Below, piece after piece: positions 39,397-49,339 of a stretch of DNA of 64,000 bases. Source of the stretch: Thermoplasmatota archaeon (GTDB taxonomy: Archaea > Thermoplasmatota > Penumbrarchaeia > Penumbrarchaeales > Penumbrarchaeaceae); the NCBI GenBank assembly GCA_965234725.1, contig CBDDUX010000038.1, forward strand, positions 8,257-72,256, in the 5' to 3' direction. Position numbers and translations under genes: made by a program. Each line of letters opens with the position of its first letter. Position 1 is the first letter of the stretch. A model generated the notes under the pieces. The model was not told the origin of the DNA, did not search any database, and saw only the letters and a program-made list of their open reading frames with translations.

Positions 39397-41334
39397 TCAG
39401 ACCCCACCTAATACATCTGTCCCATCATCATAGGTCCCAAGGACCCTGCTTGCAAGCTCATTCGGATCAGCAACGATAACCCTTCCCTCACCTTCCTTTG
39501 CGATCCTCCTTGCAGCATTTACGAATGTCTCATCCTCAGGTTCCAATAGGAAGATATTGAATGTAAGGTCCCTATAGCGAAGTAGTCTGGAAGCCTGGAT
39601 CAGGGCGAGTTCCATCGATCTTTCCAGATCTCCAGCAACAACCGTACCTTTTTCATCGGTATAAGCTTCTGGAAGGCCATCTGTTATCAGGAAGAGGAGG
39701 AGCCTATCTGCCCTGGTATTATCGAGAATGTTGGTGGCAAGTACAAGGGCTTCATGATGGTTCGTGAAGCCTCTTGGTTCCAGTACCATCACTTCTTTCA
39801 ATGAGATAGGAATTGCCCGGGTGGACATTGATATCAGGTCCACACGGTTCCTTGGATTCTCCCTCTTGATGGCCTGGGTCAAGGCCAGGACTGACCTTTT
39901 GGCGGCTTCCAATCGGGAATTCTCCTCCATGGATCCAGATGTGTCAACAATTATTACACCATGGACCTCTGTCGTTGTAACTTCCCTCAGGACCACCATA
40001 TCATTCGAATCGATCACCTTGTCCCTTGGATGGTTCGTCCTTGCATTAACAATGGTCTGTAGAAGGTCCATCCTTGCCTCTTCCCCAAGCATCCTCAACT
40101 TTGCCTTCTCGTAGACACCGGCATCCGAGATGTGTGAACCCCTGCGGTCCCTTGCTCCTTGTCTTCCTTCCATTATCTCTGCATAGATCAATTCTGAGAA
40201 TTTCTCCACCAGGGCTTCCGTTATCTCCCATTCCGACTCGATCCTGTCAAGGTTATCCTGGACTTCGGTCCTTGATAGATATCCCATACGGGATAATACT
40301 GACACCAGTTCTTCCTTGACCTCTTTTTTGGATAGTTCCATTATGGACCTTTCCCTATCCTTCATTTCAGATTCAAAGTTCCTTTCCATTTTCATGATCT
40401 TCTCTCTTATCATTCGTTCTTTGTCCTTGCTCTTCTTTCTTGTCTTGAGGTGTTCGGATCTCCTATCATCCAGCTCATCTTTCTTCAAGCGTGCTGACCT
40501 CTCCACCTCCAACCTAAGGACCTTTCTGGCCTCTTCACTATACCATTTGGGATCGAAGGACCTTCTAAGCTGGATCTCGCCACTTGTATACCCATACTCA
40601 TCCGACAACCTTTTATTGACCGCCCTTTGAAGATGTTCGTTTCCATCAAGATCCTTTTCCATCCTCCTCTCCCATTCATCCAGATCACGGGAAAGGGAAG
40701 GGAAAGGTAGTGATATGGCCCCCTTTGAATGTGTTTTCTTCCGCTCTTGCGATCCTTCCTTTCTTTCTCCCCTTCTGAACCATCTCCTTATCCATCCGAG
40801 AAAGGATAGGCATTTCGATGCGATCCAAATGAAGAATGTCCTTATCCGTCTCCATAATGACCTTAAGAATCCTTCCTTCTCTTGTCGATCAATGATCCTG
40901 ACCCTTCCCTCAAGAGCACCTATCAATTCAGAAGCGAGTATTTCTCCTCTGATCTCCTCCGAGGAATATCTTCTGAAGGCGGAATCATCCCTTAAAGATC
41001 CATCATTTGACTCCCGTAGTCCGATTCCCTCTGACTCTCTCAACCCTCTTACCTGATCATTTAGAGAGGTCCTTCTCAGGGCTTTTACACGTTCCAGTTC
41101 CTTCTCCATTCTTTTACGTAATTCATCCAATCGGTCATTTATCGTACCTTCGGTCCTTTTCTCTTCCAGAAAATCGTCGATCCCCCTCATTCCTTTCTCG
41201 GCCAATTTCTTGACGAGGTCCCTCTTCTCCCTTGAGGTCAGCCTGAAGGGGGTGTAAACACCCTTTGAACAATCCGGAATGACCACACCGGCCCCTTTTA
41301 TATGGGGGTAAGATATGGTTCCTTTTTCAGGCAA
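39397..41334 (-). CDS. VWA (MIDAS) domain protein with coiled-coil N-terminus
   Basis: DTSGSM, 'FTNHHEAL', 'LITDGLP'. Confidence 0.85.
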   Translation of the reverse strand: MPEKGTISYPHIKGAGVVIPDCSKGVYTPFRLTSREKRDLVKKLAEKGMRGIDDFLEEKRTEGTINDRLDELRKRMEKELERVKALRRTSLNDQVRGLRESEGIGLRESNDGSLRDDSAFRRYSSEEIRGEILASELIGALEGRVRIIDRQEKEGFLRSLWRRIRTFFIWIASKCLSFLGWIRRWFRRGERKEGSQERKKTHSKGAISLPFPSLSRDLDEWERRMEKDLDGNEHLQRAVNKRLSDEYGYTSGEIQLRRSFDPKWYSEEARKVLRLEVERSARLKKDELDDRRSEHLKTRKKSKDKERMIREKIMKMERNFESEMKDRERSIMELSKKEVKEELVSVLSRMGYLSRTEVQDNLDRIESEWEITEALVEKFSELIYAEIMEGRQGARDRRGSHISDAGVYEKAKLRMLGEEARMDLLQTIVNARTNHPRDKVIDSNDMVVLREVTTTEVHGVIIVDTSGSMEENSRLEAAKRSVLALTQAIKRENPRNRVDLISMSTRAIPISLKEVMVLEPRGFTNHHEALVLATNILDNTRADRLLLFLITDGLPEAYTDEKGTVVAGDLERSMELALIQASRLLRYRDLTFNIFLLEPEDETFVNAARRIAKEGEGRVIVADPNELASRVLGTYDDGTDVLGGV

Positions 41335-41350
41335 ATCCGATCACCCTGGA

Positions 41351-42799
41351 TCACTGACCCTTACAGCCAAAATCGTCCATTGAGTTCAATATCTGCACGA
41401 TATGGGATATGAGCTCTCCGGTTTCAATATCCGCTTTGTTCCGTTCGCTCTTAAAAATAAAACTCCTCAATAGGTCCCCATCTCCACCAGAGGGAATTGA
41501 ACCAGAACCCAGGGCCTTGGCCAATTTCTCCGCTCTAGCCAGGGAAGAGGATAGTTCCCGTTGGAAGAATGTGCACCAGTATACCCTGAAAGCTCTCTCC
41601 AGTGCTAGGGGCATATTACCTTCGAGGAACTCCTTCAGCACCTCTTCGTTCCGCAGGAATGAATCACCACCCCTGGCCCTAATCCTTCCGAAAAGTGCAT
41701 CCCTCACTCCCTTTTCGAAACTCTCCCTTGAAACATATGATTCTTCATTAAGGTCCGAAAAGGCAACCGATCTCGTTACAGTATCCAAAATGGTCCTATT
41801 TGATCCGACCTCTGATAGCTCCGGGATATCCACTGATAGGTCTCTCCATGCTTCCACAACGAAGACTGCACTGTGGAGATATATCTCGGGGAAGAACTTC
41901 TTTACTGGAACCCCTCCCCTTGCTACATCGATCATGGTCCTGTTCTTGAGGTGGTCCCGAATATAATCCACATATATGTTGGACAATCTATCGTTCAATG
42001 GTTCATTGATCGCATCAAGGTCCCTCAAATTGGATGTGCTAACGGCAACAAAGGAGGCGGGAAATGTCTCTCTGGATTTTGCCGGTGTAACAATTCCTTC
42101 CTGCAATGCTTGAAGAAGGACGTTCTGTGTCCCGAGTGGAAGTTTGCCTACTTCATCTACCATCAACAGTCCTCTGTTGGCCTGAAGGAGCTTCCCAGGC
42201 TCGAGCACAAGAGGACTTGTGGGATCACCGATCTCCTCAAGTTTATGGAGATTGAACACTCCGGTTAGATTATCAGGAAAGACCTCCGATGATCCCTGGA
42301 CCCTTGCCAGGCCATATCCCTCTTTGAGGTGCATGACCTTGACCGGGACATTTGAGGGTTCTACTTGCTCTGGATGGAAATCTTCACCATCCATGCCGAA
42401 CCTGGATTGACAAGATGGACAGCATCTGACCTTGGCAAAATATGCAGGGTCGATCACTGACATGGGATCATCCTGCACCGGACAGCCATCCACTGCATAG
42501 ACCTCTTTTGGAAAAAGGTTCCATATCTCCTTTGCGAGACTTGTCTTCCCGGTTCCGGAAGGGCCGAAAAGGAGAATATGCGATCCACCCATTAATGCGG
42601 CAATGAGGCTCTCGAGTACATTATTGTCCATTACTGTGCCCGGGAAAAGCAGGGCCATTGCCTCATCTCTGGAATAACCTTTCCCTCTATACTCCTTCAA
42701 CCTCCTCCCGATCTCAGTAGCCAGAGACTTCTGCGCTGTAAGGGGGACGTATCCGGAACTTTTTAGTTCAAATGCGTTCGGATATGGTGTTAGGGCCAT
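41351..42799 (-). CDS. AAA+ ATPase, Mg-chelatase ChlI-like clade
   Basis: GPSGTGKT, 'PGKLLQANRGLLMVDE', 'QNVLLQALQEG', 'PLNDR'; upstream partner of the VWA gene. Confidence 0.85.
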   Translation of the reverse strand: MALTPYPNAFELKSSGYVPLTAQKSLATEIGRRLKEYRGKGYSRDEAMALLFPGTVMDNNVLESLIAALMGGSHILLFGPSGTGKTSLAKEIWNLFPKEVYAVDGCPVQDDPMSVIDPAYFAKVRCCPSCQSRFGMDGEDFHPEQVEPSNVPVKVMHLKEGYGLARVQGSSEVFPDNLTGVFNLHKLEEIGDPTSPLVLEPGKLLQANRGLLMVDEVGKLPLGTQNVLLQALQEGIVTPAKSRETFPASFVAVSTSNLRDLDAINEPLNDRLSNIYVDYIRDHLKNRTMIDVARGGVPVKKFFPEIYLHSAVFVVEAWRDLSVDIPELSEVGSNRTILDTVTRSVAFSDLNEESYVSRESFEKGVRDALFGRIRARGGDSFLRNEEVLKEFLEGNMPLALERAFRVYWCTFFQRELSSSLARAEKLAKALGSGSIPSGGDGDLLRSFIFKSERNKADIETGELISHIVQILNSMDDFGCKGQ

Positions 42800-42956
42800 C
42801 GTTGCTCCTCCATTGACCGATCAGTTCTTCCTCGGGTCGGGACCTCCCGAACGCAGTATGGTGTATAATTATCCTACTTCCAATAGGATCAACTGGGGAT
42901 GGGTTTAACTAATACCACACTTTTTGGTTCAACAAGGATGGCTGGAAATGAACCGA

Positions 42957-43934
42957 ATGAAAGACCTCCCCGAGGTCCTGGTAACCAGAAAGCTCCCAGA
43001 AGTGGCCATTCGGACCCTGGAAGGAAAGGTCTCCCTTGAACTCTGGGAGGATGAAGGACCGATGCCTCGAGATCAACTTCTTGAGGGACTGCAAGGGAAA
43101 GATGGTGTGATATGTCTTCTGAGCGATAAGATGGACCGGGAAGCGATAGATTCTGGCAGGGACCTGAGGGTTATTGCCAACTATGCCGTAGGGTATGACA
43201 ATATCGATCATAATTATGCCACCACCAAGAATATAGCTGTCCTGAACACCCCTGGTGTCCTCACGGATGCAACAGCAGACCTTGCCTTCTCACTTCTCCT
43301 TGCATCAGGGCGGAGGATCGGAGAGAGTGATAGATATGTCAGGAAAGGAAATTTCAAATCCTGGGGTCCAAAATTGATGCTTGGAAAGGATGTCTGGAAA
43401 GCCACATTGGGAGTTGTGGGGGCCGGAAAGATAGGAGAAGCGGTCCTTAAAAGAGGAAAAGGATTCGAGATGGAACTATTGTACCATTCCAGAACCCCGA
43501 AACCAAAGATCGAGAAGGAACTCGGAGCAACATATCTTCCTTTGGAAGACCTCCTGAAGAGGTCAGATTTCATATCTCTAAATTGTCCCCTGACACCCGA
43601 AACGAGGCATATGATAGGGAATAAGGAATTTCGGTCAATGAAAGAAGATGCCATCCTTATCAATACCTCAAGAGGTCCTGTTGTGGATGAAGAAGCTCTA
43701 GTGGAAGCATTGAGCAACGGATGGATCGGAGGTGCGGGTCTGGATGTATATGAAAGGGAACCCAAGGTCCATCCTGACCTCCTTGAGATGGAGAATGTTG
43801 TCCTGGTACCACATATAGGGTCTGCAACCCATACTACAAGGAACAAGATGGCTTTGATGGTGTCCGAAGGGACCCTCAAGGTCCTTTCCGGTGGCAGACC
43901 GGAGAATATCGTGAACCCTGAGGTCCTGGAGTAG
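42957..43934 (+). CDS. gyaR: Glyoxylate reductase / D-glycerate dehydrogenase
   Basis: 'ANYAVGYDNID', 'NTPGVLT', GAGKIG, 'INTSRG', 'LDVYEREP', 'PHIGSAT'. Confidence 0.85.
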   Translation: MKDLPEVLVTRKLPEVAIRTLEGKVSLELWEDEGPMPRDQLLEGLQGKDGVICLLSDKMDREAIDSGRDLRVIANYAVGYDNIDHNYATTKNIAVLNTPGVLTDATADLAFSLLLASGRRIGESDRYVRKGNFKSWGPKLMLGKDVWKATLGVVGAGKIGEAVLKRGKGFEMELLYHSRTPKPKIEKELGATYLPLEDLLKRSDFISLNCPLTPETRHMIGNKEFRSMKEDAILINTSRGPVVDEEALVEALSNGWIGGAGLDVYEREPKVHPDLLEMENVVLVPHIGSATHTTRNKMALMVSEGTLKVLSGGRPENIVNPEVLE

Positions 43935-43941
43935 GAGAAAG

Positions 43942-45990
43942 ATGGCAGAAGAAAAGGACCTCAGATCGACCTTCGAGATCGAACAATGCGACCTTATGGG
44001 CAGAAGGGGATCATTCAAGGTCAATGGTAGAAAGGTACGGACACCTGAACTGATGCCGGTAGTAAATCCGAACAAGATCGATATCCCTGGAGCGGTCACA
44101 CCCCGGGAATTGAAGGAACGGTTCAGGTTCAATATGATCATTACAAATTCATACATCATCAACAGAGGAGAGGATCTGAAGAAAAGGGCCATTGAAGAAG
44201 GACTCCACAGGATGCTTTCCTTCGATGGGGTTATCATGACAGATTCAGGGACATTTCAGAGTTATATGTATGGTGGAGGAAAGAAAGAGGTAAATGTGGA
44301 TCCACTGGAGATCGTCAGATTCCAGATAGAGATGGGAGCAGATGTGGGCACGATTCTAGACAGGTTCACTGTTCCAGGATCATCATGGGAGGAGGCCAGG
44401 TCTGACCTTGATGTAACTCTTGAACGAGCAAAGGCGTCTCTCTCTCTCCAGGGAAATATGGAAGTTGCCGTTCCCATTCAGGGTGGAAGACATACCGATC
44501 TCAGGATGGAATCTGGGAAGGAAGTGGCAGACATGGGAGCGCGGTACGCTCCGATCGGAGGTGTCGTTCCTATTATGGAATCTTATGATTACCCTCTCTT
44601 GGTGGATGTAATTGCCAATTCAAAGGAAGGGCTCGGACCTTCGATACCTGTGCACCTTTTCGGAGCAGGTCATCCCATGTTATTACCACTTGCAACAGCT
44701 CTGGGATGTGATCTGTTCGATTCCGCATCCTACATCAAGTTCGCTCAGGATAACCGATATATGACAAGGGACAGGACCTATCACCTGGGCGAAATGGAGG
44801 TATTTCCATGCTCCTGTCCGGTTTGCTCAACAAAGGATCCGTCGGACATGATGTCGATGCCACCGCAGGACAGGACCCACATGATCGCAAGGCATAACCT
44901 CTGGGTGCTAAGGACTGTTCTGGATGATGTTCGATCATCAATAGAAGAGGGGACCCTGTGGGAGCTTGTGGAAAGGTCCGCGATGTCAAATCCGAGCCTG
45001 TTCGCTGCTGTTAAGAGGGTCGGAAAATATCGTGACCTGCTTGAGGAAAACTCACCAAGGTCGACCAGACGGTTCTTGTGCTGTAGCGGTCTTTCCCTGG
45101 CAAGACCTGAATTTACCAGATTTCAAAGGCAAATGGAAGATATGGAGAGCGAACATAGGACCAAGACCCTGCTGCTCAAGGATTGGACCAAATCCCATAA
45201 CAGGAATGTAACGGAATATATGTGCAGGAGACCTTCCGGGTGGTCGATGATGATAGATACACCCCTGGGTCCTGTGCCCTATGAGATACTCGATATGTAC
45301 CCTATAGGCCAGTCGATCTTCCCACCACCAGGTGGACTAGACATGGACCTTTCTGACCACATGGACCGGAAGAGGGATCTTGTTGATCTTGGAGAGGTAT
45401 GTGAATGGGATGGTTCCGGGAAACCTGATATTCAGGAAGAAAGGATTACCATGGAGGCTTCGGATATAGGCAAGGTCCTTCATCTTATCAGGTTCCAATT
45501 CGGATCCAAAGATGGGATCGATCCTGCAAAGATATTATTCGGAGATTTCAATTCTGAAATAGAACTTCTTGGCAGATTGATCCTGACAAAATCGAGGAAC
45601 ACTGGACGGATAAGGAACATATCAATTCAGGATGGTAACACCAGAAAGCATCTTCTATCCATCAGGGCGGAGGATGGGATGTTGACAATAAAGATCGAAG
45701 GGGCCAAGAAACTGCAGGAAGGAACCAGACCTCCCTGGAGAAGGGTAATGGTCGACAAGGAGACCGGTGAGTTCAACTCAAAGGGTCTAAATGCATTTTG
45801 CAAGTTTGTCAAGGATGCTGATCCGAACATAAGGGCAGGAGACGATGTCATGGTCGTTGATGAGGATGATCACCTCCTTGCCGTAGGTAGGAGCCAGGCA
45901 TCCAGGCGACATCTGATCACGTCTAGATCAGGTATCGCTGTAAAAGTTCGTGTTGGGGTACTTTCAAAAAAGGACAAGGATAATAATTAA
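43942..45990 (+). CDS. tgtA: tRNA-guanine(15) transglycosylase (archaeosine) with C-terminal PUA domain
   Basis: 'TP.LMPVVNP', 'MTDSG', 'HLFGAGHP', 'DLFDSASY', Zn site CSCPVC..H, PUA domain. Confidence 0.95.
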   Translation: MAEEKDLRSTFEIEQCDLMGRRGSFKVNGRKVRTPELMPVVNPNKIDIPGAVTPRELKERFRFNMIITNSYIINRGEDLKKRAIEEGLHRMLSFDGVIMTDSGTFQSYMYGGGKKEVNVDPLEIVRFQIEMGADVGTILDRFTVPGSSWEEARSDLDVTLERAKASLSLQGNMEVAVPIQGGRHTDLRMESGKEVADMGARYAPIGGVVPIMESYDYPLLVDVIANSKEGLGPSIPVHLFGAGHPMLLPLATALGCDLFDSASYIKFAQDNRYMTRDRTYHLGEMEVFPCSCPVCSTKDPSDMMSMPPQDRTHMIARHNLWVLRTVLDDVRSSIEEGTLWELVERSAMSNPSLFAAVKRVGKYRDLLEENSPRSTRRFLCCSGLSLARPEFTRFQRQMEDMESEHRTKTLLLKDWTKSHNRNVTEYMCRRPSGWSMMIDTPLGPVPYEILDMYPIGQSIFPPPGGLDMDLSDHMDRKRDLVDLGEVCEWDGSGKPDIQEERITMEASDIGKVLHLIRFQFGSKDGIDPAKILFGDFNSEIELLGRLILTKSRNTGRIRNISIQDGNTRKHLLSIRAEDGMLTIKIEGAKKLQEGTRPPWRRVMVDKETGEFNSKGLNAFCKFVKDADPNIRAGDDVMVVDEDDHLLAVGRSQASRRHLITSRSGIAVKVRVGVLSKKDKDNN

Positions 45991-46032
45991 CAATAGATCA
46001 TGATTATGAGGTAATGTCGGGAGTGTGATCCC

Positions 46033-46719
46033 ATGACGGATGAAAAAGACCAGATGGATTCAGGGGCAAGACAGGAATTCGGAATAAGGAAGATGGAACT
46101 TGTCAGGATAATCGAAGGCAAGGAGGGAGGTCAGGGAAAGGGGACTTCATCTGTTACCCTTGTTAAGACTCCGACATCAACAGTTGTGGTTGACTCTGGG
46201 GCAAGGCATGTCAGAGAGAGACTTGTTAGCTTCATGAGGGAGAACGAAGCAAAGGTGGAAAAGGTCAACGTACTGCTAACAACATCCGTTGACGATCTAC
46301 ATGCCGGCAATGATGACCTTTTCGTTCATTGCCTTCAACATATCCTTGATTCGGATTGGGGGAAAACACCGGTCAAATCCCAGAGGAAGGTCGCAATAAC
46401 CACTCCTGTGCATTGGATCGATAAATATCTGAAGATCGTCAAACTGCCCTTCCCAGGGGATGGGTCCCTGGCCCTTCTTGCACATTTTCCAGATAGGGAG
46501 GAACTTCTGGAGCCGTCCACAATACCTTTCAAAGGCCAAGTGGTGGGGATAATGGGGGCCTCTGTCCCATCCATGGATCACCCTGAGGTTAGGACCGCAT
46601 TGAAGAAGGCATTGAAAACGGAAAAAAGGACCGGAAGTATCGATACATTGGAGGACCTTATAGGTTATTGTGACCATATCATCCCATCCTATGGAGCTAT
46701 GTTCAAGGTCAGGGGATGA
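46033..46719 (+). CDS. Degenerate metallo-beta-lactamase-fold protein
   Basis: 'SSVTLV...VVDSG'; the THxHxDH position reads 'TTSVDDLHAGN'; the PGHG position reads 'IIPSYG'. Confidence 0.6.
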   Translation: MTDEKDQMDSGARQEFGIRKMELVRIIEGKEGGQGKGTSSVTLVKTPTSTVVVDSGARHVRERLVSFMRENEAKVEKVNVLLTTSVDDLHAGNDDLFVHCLQHILDSDWGKTPVKSQRKVAITTPVHWIDKYLKIVKLPFPGDGSLALLAHFPDREELLEPSTIPFKGQVVGIMGASVPSMDHPEVRTALKKALKTEKRTGSIDTLEDLIGYCDHIIPSYGAMFKVRG

Positions 46720-47702
46720 AAATCTTGAATGAAGAGGCTTGGAAGAGACTTGCGGAAACCACCGATGGCATCAGGGACATGTCCATCAGAGGAGCCGGAA
46801 AAATTGCTCGAGCCGCATCTGCTGCATTATCCGATCTAGCCTCATCTTGGGAGGGGGCTTCAAGGGAAGAGCTACTTGGAGACCTGAAAAGAGCGGCTAA
46901 TGAACTAATTTCCACCAGACCATCCGCAGTTTCCCTGAGGAACGGTATCCTTCTTACACTCACAGATGTAGACAAGGAGAAGGACCTCAGATCAATGAAG
47001 GATCTGGTGATCTCCAGGTCCTCTCAATTCGTAAGCTCCTCCCACATGGCCATGGATAGGATCGCCGAGATAGGAAAGAAGAGGGTCCCTTCGGGTTCGA
47101 CCGTAATGACACATTGTAATTCAAGCGCGGCACTGGGAGTGATATACTCAGCATTCAAGGATGGCAGGGTCAAAGAGGTGTTCTCAACAGAATCCAGACC
47201 ATGGAGGCAGGGGCATCTAACGGTCAAATGGCTTGCAGAGAGAAAAGTGCCTGTAACGATGATAGTTGATTCGGCTGTAAGATATTTCATGAACGAGATC
47301 GATATCGTATGTGTGGGTGCGGATACCGTAACTGCAAATGGAGCTGTGATCAATAAAATAGGCACCTCACAGATCGCACTTGCAGCACACGAGGCAAGGA
47401 CCCCGTTCATGGTATGTGCGGAAACATATAAGTTCTCGGGAGAGACGCTGATGGGTTCCCTGGTGGAAATAGAGGACAGAGGTCCTGATGAAGTGGCAGA
47501 CCCACTTCGACCAGAGGACCTGCCTGGAGTGAAGTTCAGGAATCCAGTGTTCGATGCCACCCCTCCTGAATACATTGACTCAATAGCGACAGAGATCGGT
47601 ATCATTTCCCCTTACATGGCCACCGAGGTCATCAGGGAAATGTTCAAGTCATCAGGACCGATCTCCTCTGATAGGTCCCGATCGGAATTCAATTGGTTTT
47701 AG
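46716..47702 (+). CDS. Ribose-1,5-bisphosphate isomerase (eIF-2B family)
   Basis: 'IRGAGKIA', 'TRPSAVSL', 'MTHCNS', 'ESRP', 'VGAD', 'NKIGT', 'NPVFDATP'; adjacent to AMP phosphorylase. Confidence 0.92.
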   Translation: MKILNEEAWKRLAETTDGIRDMSIRGAGKIARAASAALSDLASSWEGASREELLGDLKRAANELISTRPSAVSLRNGILLTLTDVDKEKDLRSMKDLVISRSSQFVSSSHMAMDRIAEIGKKRVPSGSTVMTHCNSSAALGVIYSAFKDGRVKEVFSTESRPWRQGHLTVKWLAERKVPVTMIVDSAVRYFMNEIDIVCVGADTVTANGAVINKIGTSQIALAAHEARTPFMVCAETYKFSGETLMGSLVEIEDRGPDEVADPLRPEDLPGVKFRNPVFDATPPEYIDSIATEIGIISPYMATEVIREMFKSSGPISSDRSRSEFNWF

Positions 47703-47714
47703 ATGGTGATCGAT

Positions 47715-49286
47715 ATGAACGAGAGTTTGAATGGAGAGGAGATGACCGGCGTTCCCACCACATTCGAGATCATTGCAATTGACCTGGAAACTGGTGAGTA
47801 TACAGCCATTCTGAACAGAAAGGATGCGGACATCCTAGGATTGAGATCACTCGATAGGGTCAAGGTCTCAAACGATAAGGAAAACATGACGGCAATAGTG
47901 GAACTCACAGATTCTGTGGTTCAACCCGGGCAGGTGGGATTACTTAAAAAGGGTCGGAAGAGATTGAAAGCAGAGCACGGCGACCATGTAAGGGTCGTCC
48001 CTGTGTCAAGACCAAGATCAATCGAGCTGATCAAGAAAAGACTCAATAACAGGGAATTGACCACAGATGAGATCAATACATTAACAGAGGAGATCACGAA
48101 CCACCGACTTTCCGATGTTGAACTTTCCGCCTTCGTCTGCTCCACATATATGAACCCTCTTAACAACAGAGAGATTACGGATCTGACCCTTGCAATGGTG
48201 AACACGGGTGAACTGATTGAGATGGATATTGGACCTATCTTCGATTTCCATTCGATAGGAGGGGTCCCTGGAAACAAAGTGACACTTATTGTCGTCCCGA
48301 TCGTGGCTGCGGCAGGTCTAAGCATTCCAAAGACATGCTCAAGGGCAATATCATCTGCTGGTGGAACTGCCGATATCCTGGAGACCATAGCTAACGTGAC
48401 ACTTCCGGGATGGAAGATCAAGGAGATAACAGAGAAGGTGGGGGGTACTATCGCATGGGGAGGTGGTGTCAATATCGCCCCGGCAGATGACATCATTATT
48501 AGGGTAGAGTATCCCCTCTCCATCGATCCATACTCACAGGTGATCGCATCCGTTCTTGCCAAGAAGAAAGCCGTTGGGGCAGACCATCTCCTGATGGACA
48601 TTCCCGTGGGCCCGCATACCAAGGTAGAGCCCATGGAACTTGCCAGAAGATATGCAAGGGACTTTATGGATATTGGCCAGAAGATCGGAATTAACGTACA
48701 GTGTGCAATTACTTACGGAGGACAACCTGTTGGAAGGAGCATTGGACCAGCTTTGGAGGTAAAGGAGGCATTGATGGTACTGGAGAACGATCCGCCCTCC
48801 TCCTCAACGGTTGAGAAGGCCACATCCTTGGCTGGGATCATCCTGGAGATGGGGGGGTTTTCCGGGAATGGAAAGGTCGAAGCCATGAGGATACTAAAGT
48901 CAGGTGAAGCGCTTAACAAGTTCCGGGAGATAATTCGGGCACAGGGGACGGATAATCCTGAAATAGGATCACAGGAGGTCCCAATGGGTGAGTTTACAGC
49001 GTCGGTACTCTCACCAGGTGATGGGTATGTATCATCCATCAACAACAAGGACATTGTAAGAATTGCAAGGGCCGCAGGATGCCCTCACGACAAATTCGGT
49101 GGGATCGCCCTGAAAAAGAAGATCGGACATCAAGTGGAAAAGGGTGAGGTGCTCTTCGAGATATATTCCTCCAACGACCAGAGGCTGAAAGTAGCAATAC
49201 AGACGGCCAAGAAGATGATGCCCTTCCTGATCGAGGGAATGGTCCTTGAAAGGGTTCCGGGCGAGAGGATCATCCATTCCATCTGA
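47715..49286 (+). CDS. deoA: AMP phosphorylase
   Basis: N-terminal double-psi-barrel-like domain, 'HSIGGVPGNK', 'PKTCSRAISSAGGTAD', 'IGPALE'; start 47703-47742. Confidence 0.92.
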   Translation: MNESLNGEEMTGVPTTFEIIAIDLETGEYTAILNRKDADILGLRSLDRVKVSNDKENMTAIVELTDSVVQPGQVGLLKKGRKRLKAEHGDHVRVVPVSRPRSIELIKKRLNNRELTTDEINTLTEEITNHRLSDVELSAFVCSTYMNPLNNREITDLTLAMVNTGELIEMDIGPIFDFHSIGGVPGNKVTLIVVPIVAAAGLSIPKTCSRAISSAGGTADILETIANVTLPGWKIKEITEKVGGTIAWGGGVNIAPADDIIIRVEYPLSIDPYSQVIASVLAKKKAVGADHLLMDIPVGPHTKVEPMELARRYARDFMDIGQKIGINVQCAITYGGQPVGRSIGPALEVKEALMVLENDPPSSSTVEKATSLAGIILEMGGFSGNGKVEAMRILKSGEALNKFREIIRAQGTDNPEIGSQEVPMGEFTASVLSPGDGYVSSINNKDIVRIARAAGCPHDKFGGIALKKKIGHQVEKGEVLFEIYSSNDQRLKVAIQTAKKMMPFLIEGMVLERVPGERIIHSI

Positions 49287-49339
49287 AGATGATCTAATTA
49301 CTTTCGGTCCGGGAACCGAAATGGATTTATGACCATCCT

